DNA of 64,000 bases from Chloroflexota bacterium (GCA_034189605.1 JAXHUO010000015.1:8321-72320), one strand, 5' to 3'; counted from the stretch's first letter, positions 18,518-28,133 are shown. Notes: generated by a model from the letters alone, not told the origin. A program made the numbers and translations.

Positions 18518-20032
18518 ATGACCAATCCACTTGAAATATGTGACCTGATGTTGCGTGACGGCCACCAGTCACTTTTGGCCACTCGTATGCGCACCGACGA
18601 TATGCTGGTCATCGCTGATAAGATTGACCAGGTGGGCTACTGGGCAGTGGAGATGTGGGGTGGCGCCACTTTCGACTCCGCCATGCGTTTCCTGGGCGAG
18701 AACCCCTGGGACCGCATCCGCCGCCTCAAAGAACGTATGCCCAACACTCCTTTTCTGATGCTTCTGCGTGGCCAAAACGTTGTCGGCTACAAGCACTATC
18801 CCGACGACGTGTTGGAGCGTTTTATTGTCCATGCTCACGCCGATGGCATAGATGTCTTCCGCATCTTTGACGCGCTCAACGATGTGCGCAACATGCGCAA
18901 GGCGATGGAGGTCGTCAAACGGGAGGGCGCCCACGTGCAGGCCAGCATCTGCTACACCATCGGCCCGCCCTACGACGTGGACTACTTTGTCGCCACCGCC
19001 AGCCAACTGGCGGATATGGGCGCCGATTCCATCTGCATCAAGGATATGGCTGGCCTCATCACTCCCTACATTGCTTACGAGTTAGTAGCGCGGCTCAAGG
19101 CCGACGTTGGCCTGCCGGTGCATCTCCATTCCCACTCTACCAGTGGCATGGCTACGGCGGCGCTCCTCAAGGCCATTGAGGCTGGGGTGGACATCGTGGA
19201 CACTGCCATCTCCGCCCTCTCGGGGATAACCTCGCACCCGCCGACCGAGTCCATCGTGGCGACGCTGGCTGGCACCGAACGGGACACCGGTTTTGACCTC
19301 AACCTGCTGGCTGAGATCGCCACCTACTTTGCCGAGGTGCGCAAAAAGTACGCCCACTTTGAGAGCGGGATGAAGACCGCGGATGTGCGTGTCTTGCAGT
19401 ACCAGATCCCCGGTGGTATGCTTTCCAACCTGGTGTCGCAGTTGCGCGGGCAGAACGCCGAGGACAAGTACGAGGAGGTGTTGGAAGAAGTGCCCCGCGT
19501 GCGGGAGGAACTGGGATACCCGCCACTGGTGACGCCATCCAGCCAAATCGTCGGCACCCAGGCCACGCTCAACGTCGTGCTCGGCGAACGGTACAAGATC
19601 ATTCCCGAAGAGGTCAGGCAGTACATCCGGGGCTACTATGGCCGCCCGCCGGCCTCCATTGACCCCGAGATACAGCGGCTGGCCATCGGCGACGAGCAGC
19701 CGATTGACTGTCGCCCTGCAGACCTGATTCCTTCAGGGATGGAGCAAGCACGGGAGGAGATCGGCGACCTGGCGCGGGACGAAGAGGACGTGATTTCCTA
19801 TGCTCTGTTCCCCCAGGTGGCCCGCCCATTCTTGGAGCGGCGTGCCCGGGGAGGGGGTGGAAAGGAACTGGTGGTGGCTGCCGTCGCCGGGCTGCTGCTA
19901 AAGCGATTGGAGGATCAGGCCGCCGCCACGATGGCGCCTGCCGGCCCTGCTATCTCCCCGTGGAGAGTAGCCTGGCGGCCGGGAGTGGGCCGCTGGACCG
20001 GGTTGATTGACGGTGCAGGAGGGATGAGATAA
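18518..20032 (+). CDS. carboxyltransferase 5S subunit (oxaloacetate decarboxylase alpha / pyruvate carboxylase B-like, no biotin domain)
   Basis: 504 aa. LMLRDGHQSLLATRMRTDDML and the HLHSHSTSG metal-site motifs of the HMGL-like TIM barrel are present. Confidence 0.88.
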   Translation: MTNPLEICDLMLRDGHQSLLATRMRTDDMLVIADKIDQVGYWAVEMWGGATFDSAMRFLGENPWDRIRRLKERMPNTPFLMLLRGQNVVGYKHYPDDVLERFIVHAHADGIDVFRIFDALNDVRNMRKAMEVVKREGAHVQASICYTIGPPYDVDYFVATASQLADMGADSICIKDMAGLITPYIAYELVARLKADVGLPVHLHSHSTSGMATAALLKAIEAGVDIVDTAISALSGITSHPPTESIVATLAGTERDTGFDLNLLAEIATYFAEVRKKYAHFESGMKTADVRVLQYQIPGGMLSNLVSQLRGQNAEDKYEEVLEEVPRVREELGYPPLVTPSSQIVGTQATLNVVLGERYKIIPEEVRQYIRGYYGRPPASIDPEIQRLAIGDEQPIDCRPADLIPSGMEQAREEIGDLARDEEDVISYALFPQVARPFLERRARGGGGKELVVAAVAGLLLKRLEDQAAATMAPAGPAISPWRVAWRPGVGRWTGLIDGAGGMR

Positions 20033-20160
20033 GAGTGCGTCGAAAAAGTTGCGCGTCGGCTGCTAGGAGACGTCGCATGAGTATCACAAGGCTGGATGCT
20101 GTCCGAGAACGGTATATGTAAGACGGGCTGCCGACACGTCTTGGGGGGCTTGCCACCAAC

Positions 20161-20475
20161 TTGATGCGCATCGCATCGGTCGCCGATCATCCAGGTAACC
20201 GCCAGGTCGTGGATAGCCTTCTGGAAGAGAGCAAGTTTTTTATTGAATGGGCAGTACCAGACGCTACCATGGATAAACAGGGAGCGCTGGTGGAACTACA
20301 GATCAGATTAGCCAGATGGCATTATGGTTGGCATCGTGACTCTGTTGACCGGGCGAAGCGGGCTCATCTTGCACAGGAAGCGCGTGCCTGGGCCGAGCAG
20401 GTATTGGAGATATCTGGTCTGCTGACGGAGAAGGGGGAATGCAATGAAGCGAGAATTCACGCTGACATTAAATAG
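20161..20475 (+). CDS. hypothetical protein (possibly a longer gene starting at 20077 and interrupted by an in-frame TAA)
   Basis: 104-aa ORF with no family recognised. In the same frame, AGGAG plus ATG 20077 opens MSITRLDAVRERYM and then TAA at 20119-20121. The 3' end overlaps the biotin-carrier start by 32 nt. Confidence 0.35.
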   Translation: MMRIASVADHPGNRQVVDSLLEESKFFIEWAVPDATMDKQGALVELQIRLARWHYGWHRDSVDRAKRAHLAQEARAWAEQVLEISGLLTEKGECNEARIHADIK

Positions 20476-20926
20476 CATCGAATACCCGGTGGTCGTCGAG
20501 AACGACACCGTCACCGTCAACGGCCATCCCTTCACCGTCGAGGTCGCCGCCGACGGCGCGGTGCTGGTGGACGGCATCGCCCATGAAGTCGCGTTGGAGG
20601 GGGAGGCGGCGACTGTGGGTGGGGAGTCCTATGTGGTGCAGGTCAGTGGGCTGGCGTTGACACCAGTGACAGCCGTGGCCACGCCCCCTGCGCCGGCCAT
20701 CGAAGCAGCGGGGGCCGGCGCTATTTTGGCAATTATGCCTGGCAAGATCATCCGCGTGTTAGTTGAGGCAGGCCAGCAGGTAGAAGAGGGGGAGCCCGTC
20801 TGCGTACTGGAAGCGATGAAGATGGAGAACGAACTCCACGCCCGCCAGAGCGGCACCGTGCAGGCGGTGCACGTCAAGCCTGGGGACGATGTGGAGAAGG
20901 ATCAGGTATTGGTGGAAATCGAGTGA
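20444..20926 (+). CDS. biotin carboxyl carrier (1.3S-type biotinyl domain protein)
   Basis: 160 aa. The C-terminal CVLEAMKMENELHA carries the AMKM biotinylation motif, preceded by an Ala/Pro linker. Confidence 0.88.
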   Translation: MKREFTLTLNSIEYPVVVENDTVTVNGHPFTVEVAADGAVLVDGIAHEVALEGEAATVGGESYVVQVSGLALTPVTAVATPPAPAIEAAGAGAILAIMPGKIIRVLVEAGQQVEEGEPVCVLEAMKMENELHARQSGTVQAVHVKPGDDVEKDQVLVEIE

Positions 20927-21600
20927 TGATGCATGTCCAACTGGCACGCGGTGCCAGAAAGGAACTGACCGCCGTCGTTATCCCTCTCATCCTCGCCCTG
21001 GTTGCAGCGGTCGTCTGGCCTGGTCCTTATACCTTACTTCCAACAGGGCTGTTGATCACTCTTTTTGTCCTTCTTCTGTACTTCCTTCGCGACCCAGAGC
21101 GTACAGCATCGGCGGGGGAGGAGTTGCTCTTGGCCCCGGCCGACGGGCGGGTAGTAGAGGTGGGACAGGTATATGAGCCCTGCTTCCTGGAAGGAAGAGC
21201 ACTAAAGATCAGCATCTTTATGTCTCTGCTCGATGTGCACGTCAATCGGACGCCGACAGAGGGACGGGTGACCATGGTGGAACACGTTCCCGGCAAGTTT
21301 CTTCAGGCCTTCCGGCCTGAGGCGTCTGAGGTTAACGAGCACAATCTTATCGGCCTGGAAAGTCGCTATGGGAGGGTGTTGGTCAAGCAGGTGGCTGGCA
21401 TTATGGCCCGCAGGATCGTTTGTTGGGTACATCCTGGTCAGAGACTGCAGGCCGGAGAGCGATTGGGGGTAATCAAGTTCGGCTCGCGAGTGGATCTGTA
21501 CCTGCCGCCAAAGGCAGAGCCGGTCATCCGGGTGGGGGATCAGGCTCGGGCGGGAGTTACAGTGATCGCGCAATGGAAGAAGATAGGAGAGAGCGAATGA
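20923..21600 (+). CDS. psd: phosphatidylserine decarboxylase proenzyme (short form)
   Basis: 225 aa with an N-terminal TM region and a C-terminal GVIKFGSRVDLYLP (G-S self-cleavage motif). Its GTG start overlaps the upstream TGA. Confidence 0.85.
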   Translation: MMMHVQLARGARKELTAVVIPLILALVAAVVWPGPYTLLPTGLLITLFVLLLYFLRDPERTASAGEELLLAPADGRVVEVGQVYEPCFLEGRALKISIFMSLLDVHVNRTPTEGRVTMVEHVPGKFLQAFRPEASEVNEHNLIGLESRYGRVLVKQVAGIMARRIVCWVHPGQRLQAGERLGVIKFGSRVDLYLPPKAEPVIRVGDQARAGVTVIAQWKKIGESE

Positions 21601-22292
21601 AAGACTATCTGCGTGGGCTGTTGCCCAATTTGATTACCTTCTCTGCCCTGGTGTGCGCCTTTTCAGCGGTGGTGCTGGCGATGCACGAGGAACTGACGGC
21701 ATCCGGTGTTTGTATTTTGACTGGCTACTTGCTGGATGCCCTGGACGGCGAAGTAGCACGGCGAACAGGGTCGGCCAGTGCCTTTGGCCTGGAACTGGAT
21801 TCCCTGGTGGACCTTGTCACCTTTGGAGTCGCGCCTAGCGCCCTGGTCTACCAATACTTGCAGCAACTGGATTTTAGCCCTGTGGTTGTATGGGGTGCGT
21901 GCGCGGCGTACATGATCGGCGGAGCCTTCCGGCTGGCCCGCTTCAATCTTTTGCCTCCCAAGCGTTCCGGCAGCGAGAGCGTGGGGCTTACTATATCCAC
22001 CTCAGGAGCGACCCTGGCGCTCAGTGTACTCTCCAACTGCCGGTACGACCACCAGTTGATCCCTGCTGCTATCTTCCCGGTGCTGGTGGTGGTTTTGACC
22101 TTGCTGATGATGAGCCGCATCCGCTACCCGGCGCTGGCTTCCGTTTTTAAGCACCGTTGGCTGAGCATGACGGGGCTGGGTTCCGCAACCGTACTGGCGA
22201 TCTGGCTTTCTCCTCAACTGGTCTGGTTTGGCTTGACCGGAGGTTACGTCTCCTTTGGCCTGGCTCGGGCCATTTACGCCATGTTTCACTGA
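21597..22292 (+). CDS. pssA: CDP-diacylglycerol--serine O-phosphatidyltransferase (CDP-alcohol phosphatidyltransferase family)
   Basis: ATG 21597 overlaps the psd TGA (ATGA). DALDGEVARRTGSASAFGLELDSLVD matches the D-G-x2-A-R-x8-G-x3-D-x3-D motif. The upstream extension in the track (from 21420) is Gly/Ser/Arg-rich and overlaps psd. Confidence 0.8.
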   Translation: MKDYLRGLLPNLITFSALVCAFSAVVLAMHEELTASGVCILTGYLLDALDGEVARRTGSASAFGLELDSLVDLVTFGVAPSALVYQYLQQLDFSPVVVWGACAAYMIGGAFRLARFNLLPPKRSGSESVGLTISTSGATLALSVLSNCRYDHQLIPAAIFPVLVVVLTLLMMSRIRYPALASVFKHRWLSMTGLGSATVLAIWLSPQLVWFGLTGGYVSFGLARAIYAMFH

Positions 22293-22300
22293 GGCCAAGT

Positions 22301-22975
22301 ATGAAGATCACATCCTTGTCTCTCCTCCAGGGATGGGGCCTTTCTGCATACGCCAGGTTGATCTGGCGCACCGCCCGTTACTGTGTGGAGGGACAGGAGC
22401 ACGTGGATCAGGTTCATGCCTCCGGACACCCTCTCATCATTGCCGCCTGGCATGGGATGACAATGATGTTCACGGGTTATATCGCTGCTCAGGAGGATCC
22501 CAGCCAGTATGTGCTAGTCGTGCCCGATGACCATAGAGGAGCGGTGCTGAGCGTCTGGGCACGGCGGTTAGGGGCCATCTCTTTTCCTATCTCAATGAAA
22601 GCCGACTCGATGGTAGCCGCCCGACGACTGCTGGCGCTGATCCGCCAGATGAAGGAGGGGAAAAGCCTCTATCTCAACCCCGATGGTCCCGATGGTCCCT
22701 CTCACGAGCCCAAAGGGGGTGTGGTGTTCATCGCCCGCAAGGCCGGAGCACTAGTTGTCCCGGCCGGGGCCTTTACTGCTACTGGCATCCATCTCTCCCG
22801 GTGGGACCGGTACACCATCCCCTTTCCCTTCAGCCGTATCACTGTCGTTCTGGGGGAGCCATTGGAGGTGCGCCCGGAGAGTGATCCAGACCAGATGCAA
22901 GCAATGGTGCGAGAGCGGCTAAACGAAGTAGAAAGGGCAGCGGAGGCGCTGTACCGTAGAGCAAGCCACGCATAA
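22301..22975 (+). CDS. DUF374 / lysophospholipid acyltransferase-like protein
   Basis: Starts at ATG 22301, 9 nt after the pssA stop. PLIIAAWHGMTMM and LNPDGPDGP resemble DUF374, from memory. Confidence 0.55.
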   Translation: MKITSLSLLQGWGLSAYARLIWRTARYCVEGQEHVDQVHASGHPLIIAAWHGMTMMFTGYIAAQEDPSQYVLVVPDDHRGAVLSVWARRLGAISFPISMKADSMVAARRLLALIRQMKEGKSLYLNPDGPDGPSHEPKGGVVFIARKAGALVVPAGAFTATGIHLSRWDRYTIPFPFSRITVVLGEPLEVRPESDPDQMQAMVRERLNEVERAAEALYRRASHA

Positions 22976-23092
22976 CTCTCCTGCCTCAGAAACTCGCTGT
23001 GCGATACTTTGCCCGGCAGCACCTGCATCACTATTATATGCCCTTCAGTGGGAAAAGGGTCAAGGCGTAATATGAGCAACGCTGTCACCATA

Positions 23093-23126
23093 AACGAAAC
23101 CCCGGCCTTCGGGCCGGGGCTTGTTC
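23093..23126. terminator. bidirectional intrinsic terminator between convergent operons
   Basis: CCCCGGCC ttcg GGCCGGGG at 23100-23119. It is flanked by AAACGAAA on one side and CTTGTT on the other, so the minus-strand reading gives a TTTCGTTT tail just after livF. Confidence 0.6.
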
Positions 23127-23142
23127 GTCCAGCAGGCATGCT

Positions 23143-23862
23143 TCAGATGCCCAGGTAGGCTCGGCGCACATGTTCGTTTTGTGCCAAGTCGCGACTGGTG
23201 CCCTCCAACTCAATCCGTCCTTGGGCCAGAACGTACGCATAGTCACTCACTGCCAGAGCCATTTGCACGTTCTGCTCCACCAGGAGCATTGTGAGGCCAG
23301 ATGTCTTCAATTGGTTGAGAGTTTCGAAAAGCTCCAAGACCAAAAATGGGGCCAGACCAAGCGACAGCTCATCCAGCATCAAGACGATGGGTTCGGCCAT
23401 GATGCCTCTCGCCACGGCCAACATTTGTTGCTCGCCTCCGCTCAGAGTTCCGGCCTTTTGATCCTTGCGTTCTTTGAGACGCGGGAACATCTCAAAGACA
23501 CGCTCCAAATTATGTTTGACGTGAGAGCGTGCCCGTTTGGGTGAGGCCCCCATCTCAAGGTTCTCGGCCACACTCATATCGGTGAACAGTTGGCGCCCCT
23601 CGGGCACCAACACCAGACCCAGTTCAGCCTTGGCGTGCGGGGACAGGCGGGTAATGTCCTGCTCATCGAACCAAACAGAACCCTCCCAGGGACGGTTGAG
23701 GCCCATCACGGTCCGCAGGAGCGTGGTTTTACCCGCTCCATTCGTTCCGACCAGTGAGGTTAGCTTGCCTTCCTCAAGAGCCAGGCTGGTTCCCCAAAGA
23801 ATCTGCACTTCCCCGTACCCAGTAGTTACGCCACGGATTTCTAGTATTGCCATAGATCCCAT
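23143..23862 (-). CDS. livF: branched-chain amino acid ABC transporter, ATP-binding protein
   Basis: Walker A GTNGAGKTT, signature LSGGEQQ, Walker B LMLDE. The start could instead be the second in-frame ATG, 9 nt downstream. Confidence 0.9.
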   Translation of the reverse strand: MGSMAILEIRGVTTGYGEVQILWGTSLALEEGKLTSLVGTNGAGKTTLLRTVMGLNRPWEGSVWFDEQDITRLSPHAKAELGLVLVPEGRQLFTDMSVAENLEMGASPKRARSHVKHNLERVFEMFPRLKERKDQKAGTLSGGEQQMLAVARGIMAEPIVLMLDELSLGLAPFLVLELFETLNQLKTSGLTMLLVEQNVQMALAVSDYAYVLAQGRIELEGTSRDLAQNEHVRRAYLGI

Positions 23863-23868
23863 CCCCCA

Positions 23869-24618
23869 TCAATTGTTCTGCTGCAAGAGGCGTTTGGCCA
23901 GTTTAGGATCACCCAAATAAGCCTCAATCACCTGATCGTTATTCGCTATCTCTTCAGGCGTGCCCTCGGCGATCAGCTTTCCAAAGTCCAGTACCAGAAT
24001 GCGCTCGGAGACATTCATAATGGCGTGCATCACGTGCTCAATCATAATGATGGTGATGCCCTGATCGCGAATCTTGCGGATTGTCTCCAGCATATCGGTG
24101 ATTTCGGAGCGGTTGAGCCCGGCCAGGACTTCGTCCAGCAGAAGCAAGTAAGGCCGAGAGGCAAGGGCGCGGGCCATCTCCAGACGCTTTTTCTGGCCCA
24201 CGTTCAGGCTGCAGGCCAACTGACTCGCCCGATCGGTCAGGCCAACGAACTCAAGCACCTCGTCTGCAATCGTTGCGGCATCGGCCAGGCTGTGATCTTC
24301 ACGACCAAAGCATGCGCCCACCATCACGTTTTCGCGCACCGTGAGTTCATTGAGCGGCTTTACAATCTGATGGGTTCGGGCCAGGCCCAGGCGAGCCATC
24401 TGATACGTTTTCAAGCCGGTTACTTCCTTTCCGCGGAAGGAGTAACGGCCCTCTGTGACAGGGTATACGCCATTGATGACGTTGAAAAGGGTAGTCTTAC
24501 CCGCCCCATTTGGTCCGATCAGACCTAGAATCTGCCCTTCTGGCAGGTCAAAGGTCACATTGAGGAGGGCCTGCAGGCCGCCGAAGCATTTGGAAACCCT
24601 CTCTACTTGCAAGATCAT
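23869..24618 (-). CDS. livG: branched-chain amino acid ABC transporter, ATP-binding protein
   Basis: Walker A GPNGAGKTT, LNVGQKKRLE signature-like region, LLLLDE. Confidence 0.9.
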   Translation of the reverse strand: MILQVERVSKCFGGLQALLNVTFDLPEGQILGLIGPNGAGKTTLFNVINGVYPVTEGRYSFRGKEVTGLKTYQMARLGLARTHQIVKPLNELTVRENVMVGACFGREDHSLADAATIADEVLEFVGLTDRASQLACSLNVGQKKRLEMARALASRPYLLLLDEVLAGLNRSEITDMLETIRKIRDQGITIIMIEHVMHAIMNVSERILVLDFGKLIAEGTPEEIANNDQVIEAYLGDPKLAKRLLQQNN

Positions 24619-25586
24619 TGGAGTACCCTCCGCAGCGTAGGAAAGCGGTTGCGCAGCCAGCCGACTACTCCTGCCGGCACAAACAGTACGATCAGTAAAA
24701 GCAGAGCCCCCGCAACCGAGAGTTGGATGTTTTTGAATATGGGACTGGTCAGCAGGGAACCACGCAGGCGTTGGTATACTGTCGCGCCCAGGATAGGCCC
24801 AAGGACTGTCCCGCGCCCACCCAGCATGACCATCACGATCATCTCAATGGATGCATGTAGGGGGAATGCATCGTGGGGCTCGACGTTACCGTTCTTGAAG
24901 AAAAAGAGGGCTCCGATGACACCGGGGATGATGGCAGAAAGCACATACGCCCATGTCTTAGCATTGGGGGCGACCACCCCCATTACCTCAGCGGCATCCT
25001 CATCCTCCCGGATAGCCAACAATCCCAAACCAAATTTCGATGTCCTGATCAGATAACTGGCGGTTACCACGATCAGGGTGATCGCCACAAGAACGTAGAA
25101 TGACATTTCCAACGCCTTCGCGGCGCCGCCATATTGTTGATAAACTTGAAAGTTGAGAGTCATACCGATTGGACCGCCGAACGGTTCAAAATTATTGATA
25201 AAAGCCTGCATCGCCGCGTTGACGCCAATGGTGGCTAGAGTAAAGTAAGCGCCGCGCAGGTGCAATATGGCTTTGCCAAGAAGAAAAGCCAGCATACCAG
25301 CAGACAGCCCCCCCATCAGCATGGCCATCCACAGCGACCAGCCTCTAACGCTCATCAGATAGAAGCCAACATAGCCTCCCAGGCCAAAGAACACTATGTG
25401 AGCAAAACTGACATAGCCCGCGTAACCAAGGATTATGTTCAGACTGGAAGCCAGGGCAATGGCTTTGAGGACTGTGAAGAACATTTCACGGGTGGCTGGT
25501 TTGTCCGTGATTTTCACCCCCAGCGCAATGCCCACGATGACGAGCAGGGGGATCAGCAAGCCCAGGTGATTTCTCCAGTTCTTCAT
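24615..25586 (-). CDS. livM: branched-chain amino acid ABC transporter permease
   Basis: 323 aa polytopic protein of the LivM-type permease family. 4-nt overlaps with both neighbours. Confidence 0.85.
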   Translation of the reverse strand: MKNWRNHLGLLIPLLVIVGIALGVKITDKPATREMFFTVLKAIALASSLNIILGYAGYVSFAHIVFFGLGGYVGFYLMSVRGWSLWMAMLMGGLSAGMLAFLLGKAILHLRGAYFTLATIGVNAAMQAFINNFEPFGGPIGMTLNFQVYQQYGGAAKALEMSFYVLVAITLIVVTASYLIRTSKFGLGLLAIREDEDAAEVMGVVAPNAKTWAYVLSAIIPGVIGALFFFKNGNVEPHDAFPLHASIEMIVMVMLGGRGTVLGPILGATVYQRLRGSLLTSPIFKNIQLSVAGALLLLIVLFVPAGVVGWLRNRFPTLRRVLQ

Positions 25587-26440
25587 TGTTTTGCTCCAAG
25601 CAGGCCGCTTGGCCGGAAGATGATGGTGAGAACAAACAGGCCGAACTCAAACACCGGTACCCACGATGTCTCCATAAAAATGGGGATGACGCCCTCTAAC
25701 GTGCCGAGGATCAGACCACCAACCAATGCACCGATGGGGTTACCCAGGCCTCCCAGCACACCGATGACAAAACTTTTGAGTTGATAGTTCATGCCCCCTA
25801 GGATGTTGAACGGGAAGAATGTCGCGATCAAACCTCCGGCGATGGAGGCTAGCATCGCCCCCAACCCAAAACTAAGGGCCAGTATTTGGTTGGAAGGCAC
25901 ACCGACCATCTCAGCAGCCTCCCGATTGTTTGCCACGGCCCGGATGTACCGTCCTGGCCGGGTGCGGTAGAGGAAGAGGTACAGGCCTGCCGTCGCCAAA
26001 GCGGCTGCCAGGGCCGCGACGGCACGGGTGACCGGGAGAGTGACTGGGCCGAGCGAGAAACTGCCCAGGGAAAACTCTATATTCCGGGGAGAGGTGGTCC
26101 AAACAGCAGTCCCCACTCCAGTCATGATCATACTGACAGAAAAGGTCGCCAGGAGTGTACACAGTTCGGGCGCGTCAATCACACGATGTACGGCGATCAG
26201 ATAGATCAGAATGCCCAACAGCAACCCCAGTCCTGCCACAAGGATTATCGCCAGGTAAGGATTTATTCCCAGGTTGTTGAAGAGCAGGTACACGCCAAAC
26301 ATGCTATAGGCGATGAGCACGTTGTGCGACAAATTGATAACTTTCATCACACCCCAGATGAGTGTCATGCCTATGGCTGCTACCCCGTAAACAAATCCCA
26401 GGAGCAGGCCATCGGCCAGAAATGTTAGCAAGGATTCCAT
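25583..26440 (-). CDS. livH: branched-chain amino acid ABC transporter permease
   Basis: 285 aa polytopic, LivH-like protein. Confidence 0.85.
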   Translation of the reverse strand: MESLLTFLADGLLLGFVYGVAAIGMTLIWGVMKVINLSHNVLIAYSMFGVYLLFNNLGINPYLAIILVAGLGLLLGILIYLIAVHRVIDAPELCTLLATFSVSMIMTGVGTAVWTTSPRNIEFSLGSFSLGPVTLPVTRAVAALAAALATAGLYLFLYRTRPGRYIRAVANNREAAEMVGVPSNQILALSFGLGAMLASIAGGLIATFFPFNILGGMNYQLKSFVIGVLGGLGNPIGALVGGLILGTLEGVIPIFMETSWVPVFEFGLFVLTIIFRPSGLLGAKQ

Positions 26441-26588
26441 GTGTGCCTACCTATGCACTCGGTATCTATTAGCCAGTCCCCGTAGGCACAACCGCGCCGC
26501 GCCTGCGGGGTACGGCTTCTTGAGGCCAGTCTGACCGGTGGATCACAGGTCCACCGGGAGCGGGACCTTCCATCCACTAGTGTGGCTT

Positions 26589-27881
26589 TTAGGGGATGGG
26601 GTAGATGGTCTCTGCAGTGGCACCTTCCAGAGGCCAGACGACCTGTTTGACCAGGTTGCCAGCATCATCTTTTTGCCACTGAACGTAAACCATAGAGTGG
26701 CCAAGTTGCAGGCCATGGGCTTCGGCTGTAGTATCGAATTTGGTGTGGCCGAAGAAAGTCAGCACGTCCATGTTGTCGAGTGCAGCCTTGACATCCGCCT
26801 GGGCGACAGAGTCGGCATCTTCGATGGCCTTCTGCAGAATCAACCCGGCCGCGTAGCCGCCAGCGGAGTGATAGGAAGGTTCTTCTTCATAGGCAGCCTC
26901 GTAGGCCGTGACAAACTCACCACTCAGAGGACCGAACCACTCCAGGCCAGCCTCTTTGGCTGAGTCCGGGGTAAAGGCAGCCAGAGGCTCCCACTGGCTG
27001 GGGCCGATAACACCATAAGCGGCATCACCCAATTCCGCAAAATCAGGCTCCGGCGGGGCCACCAGCAGTGCGAAGAACTTGATGCCCACCTCCTTCTCAT
27101 ACACCTGGCGGGCGAACGTGACGCCATCTGTCAAGTGACCACCACCCATGATAACCTCAGCCCCGGTGTCCAAGATTTTATTGATAAAGGGTCCAAAGTC
27201 GGTCGTCTCGGTGGCATAGCCTTCATAGATCACGATCTCGTAGCCCAGAGACTCGGCATATTCTTTAGCGGCCTCCACGACACCGGTGGCGAACTTGGCA
27301 TTCTCGTTGACGATGGCGATTTTCTTGACGCTGGGATCCAACAACTGCAACAGATCTACCGCGCCAGTCAGATAGCGGCTGGCAGGGGTATAGATCTGAA
27401 AGACTTGCGTATAGCCTTCTTTGTAGTTGGAGTCAGCAGCCGCGCCGGTGGTAATCATAACCTTGCCGTATTGCTCAGCGATCACTGAGGCTGCTGCTGT
27501 CAGGCCGCTGGAATACGGGCTGATCAGCAGGTCAGCATTATCCTCGGTCGCCAAGCGGGTGTACAGTTCCTGCACCCGGTCTTTGCTGCTCTCGTCGTCG
27601 TAGGTGACAAAGTCGAACTTGACGATTGTGCCATCGCTCAAAGTGATTCCACCTGCTTCATTCACCTGATTCATCCACAACTGCAAGCCCTTGGACTGAC
27701 GCCCGGCTGAAACTTCGAGTTTGCCGGTCAATGAGGCGGTGTAGCCGATGATCATTGTCTTGGTCTCGGCGACTGGCGCCGCCGGTTCTTCTTCGACTGG
27801 AGCAGGTGTCGGAGTGGCGGCTGGGGCGCATGCAACTAACAACAACACGAATAACAGGGCAAAGGTAACGCAGCGTTTCAT
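26589..27881 (-). CDS. ABC transporter substrate-binding lipoprotein (LivK/type I periplasmic binding fold)
   Basis: 430 aa. Lipobox LLLVAC after the signal peptide, then a Pro/Ala/Thr linker and a LivK-like body. AAGGAGG SD upstream. Confidence 0.85.
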   Translation of the reverse strand: MKRCVTFALLFVLLLVACAPAATPTPAPVEEEPAAPVAETKTMIIGYTASLTGKLEVSAGRQSKGLQLWMNQVNEAGGITLSDGTIVKFDFVTYDDESSKDRVQELYTRLATEDNADLLISPYSSGLTAAASVIAEQYGKVMITTGAAADSNYKEGYTQVFQIYTPASRYLTGAVDLLQLLDPSVKKIAIVNENAKFATGVVEAAKEYAESLGYEIVIYEGYATETTDFGPFINKILDTGAEVIMGGGHLTDGVTFARQVYEKEVGIKFFALLVAPPEPDFAELGDAAYGVIGPSQWEPLAAFTPDSAKEAGLEWFGPLSGEFVTAYEAAYEEEPSYHSAGGYAAGLILQKAIEDADSVAQADVKAALDNMDVLTFFGHTKFDTTAEAHGLQLGHSMVYVQWQKDDAGNLVKQVVWPLEGATAETIYPIP

Positions 27882-28133
27882 TTTTTTCCTCCTTTATGAG
27901 AAGACATTCACCTACGCGACACAGACTGTGGGTTCGCTATCAATGAACTGGTCTTTGTCATCTCCCTTATATGATAAATGGCGGGGCTGTGCCCTGGCCT
28001 CACCAGCGAGGGCCGCGAGGCTGGCCCATCCGACCTCGTGCTTATACCCCAATGGGGCTTGTCATCAATTTCGCTTCTGGGGATTTAGGCCTTTCTCTGG
28101 TACTCGATCAGCCAATCTCATAGGTAGTATCGG

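Noticed and set aside
19860-20032. Odd Trp/Arg/Gly-rich C-terminal tail of the 5S subunit, considered as a frameshifted relic of a biotinyl domain.
   Set aside because: The other two frames show no AMKM-type biotin motif, and a total length of ~500 aa is normal for 5S subunits. A separate biotin carrier is encoded 400 nt downstream.
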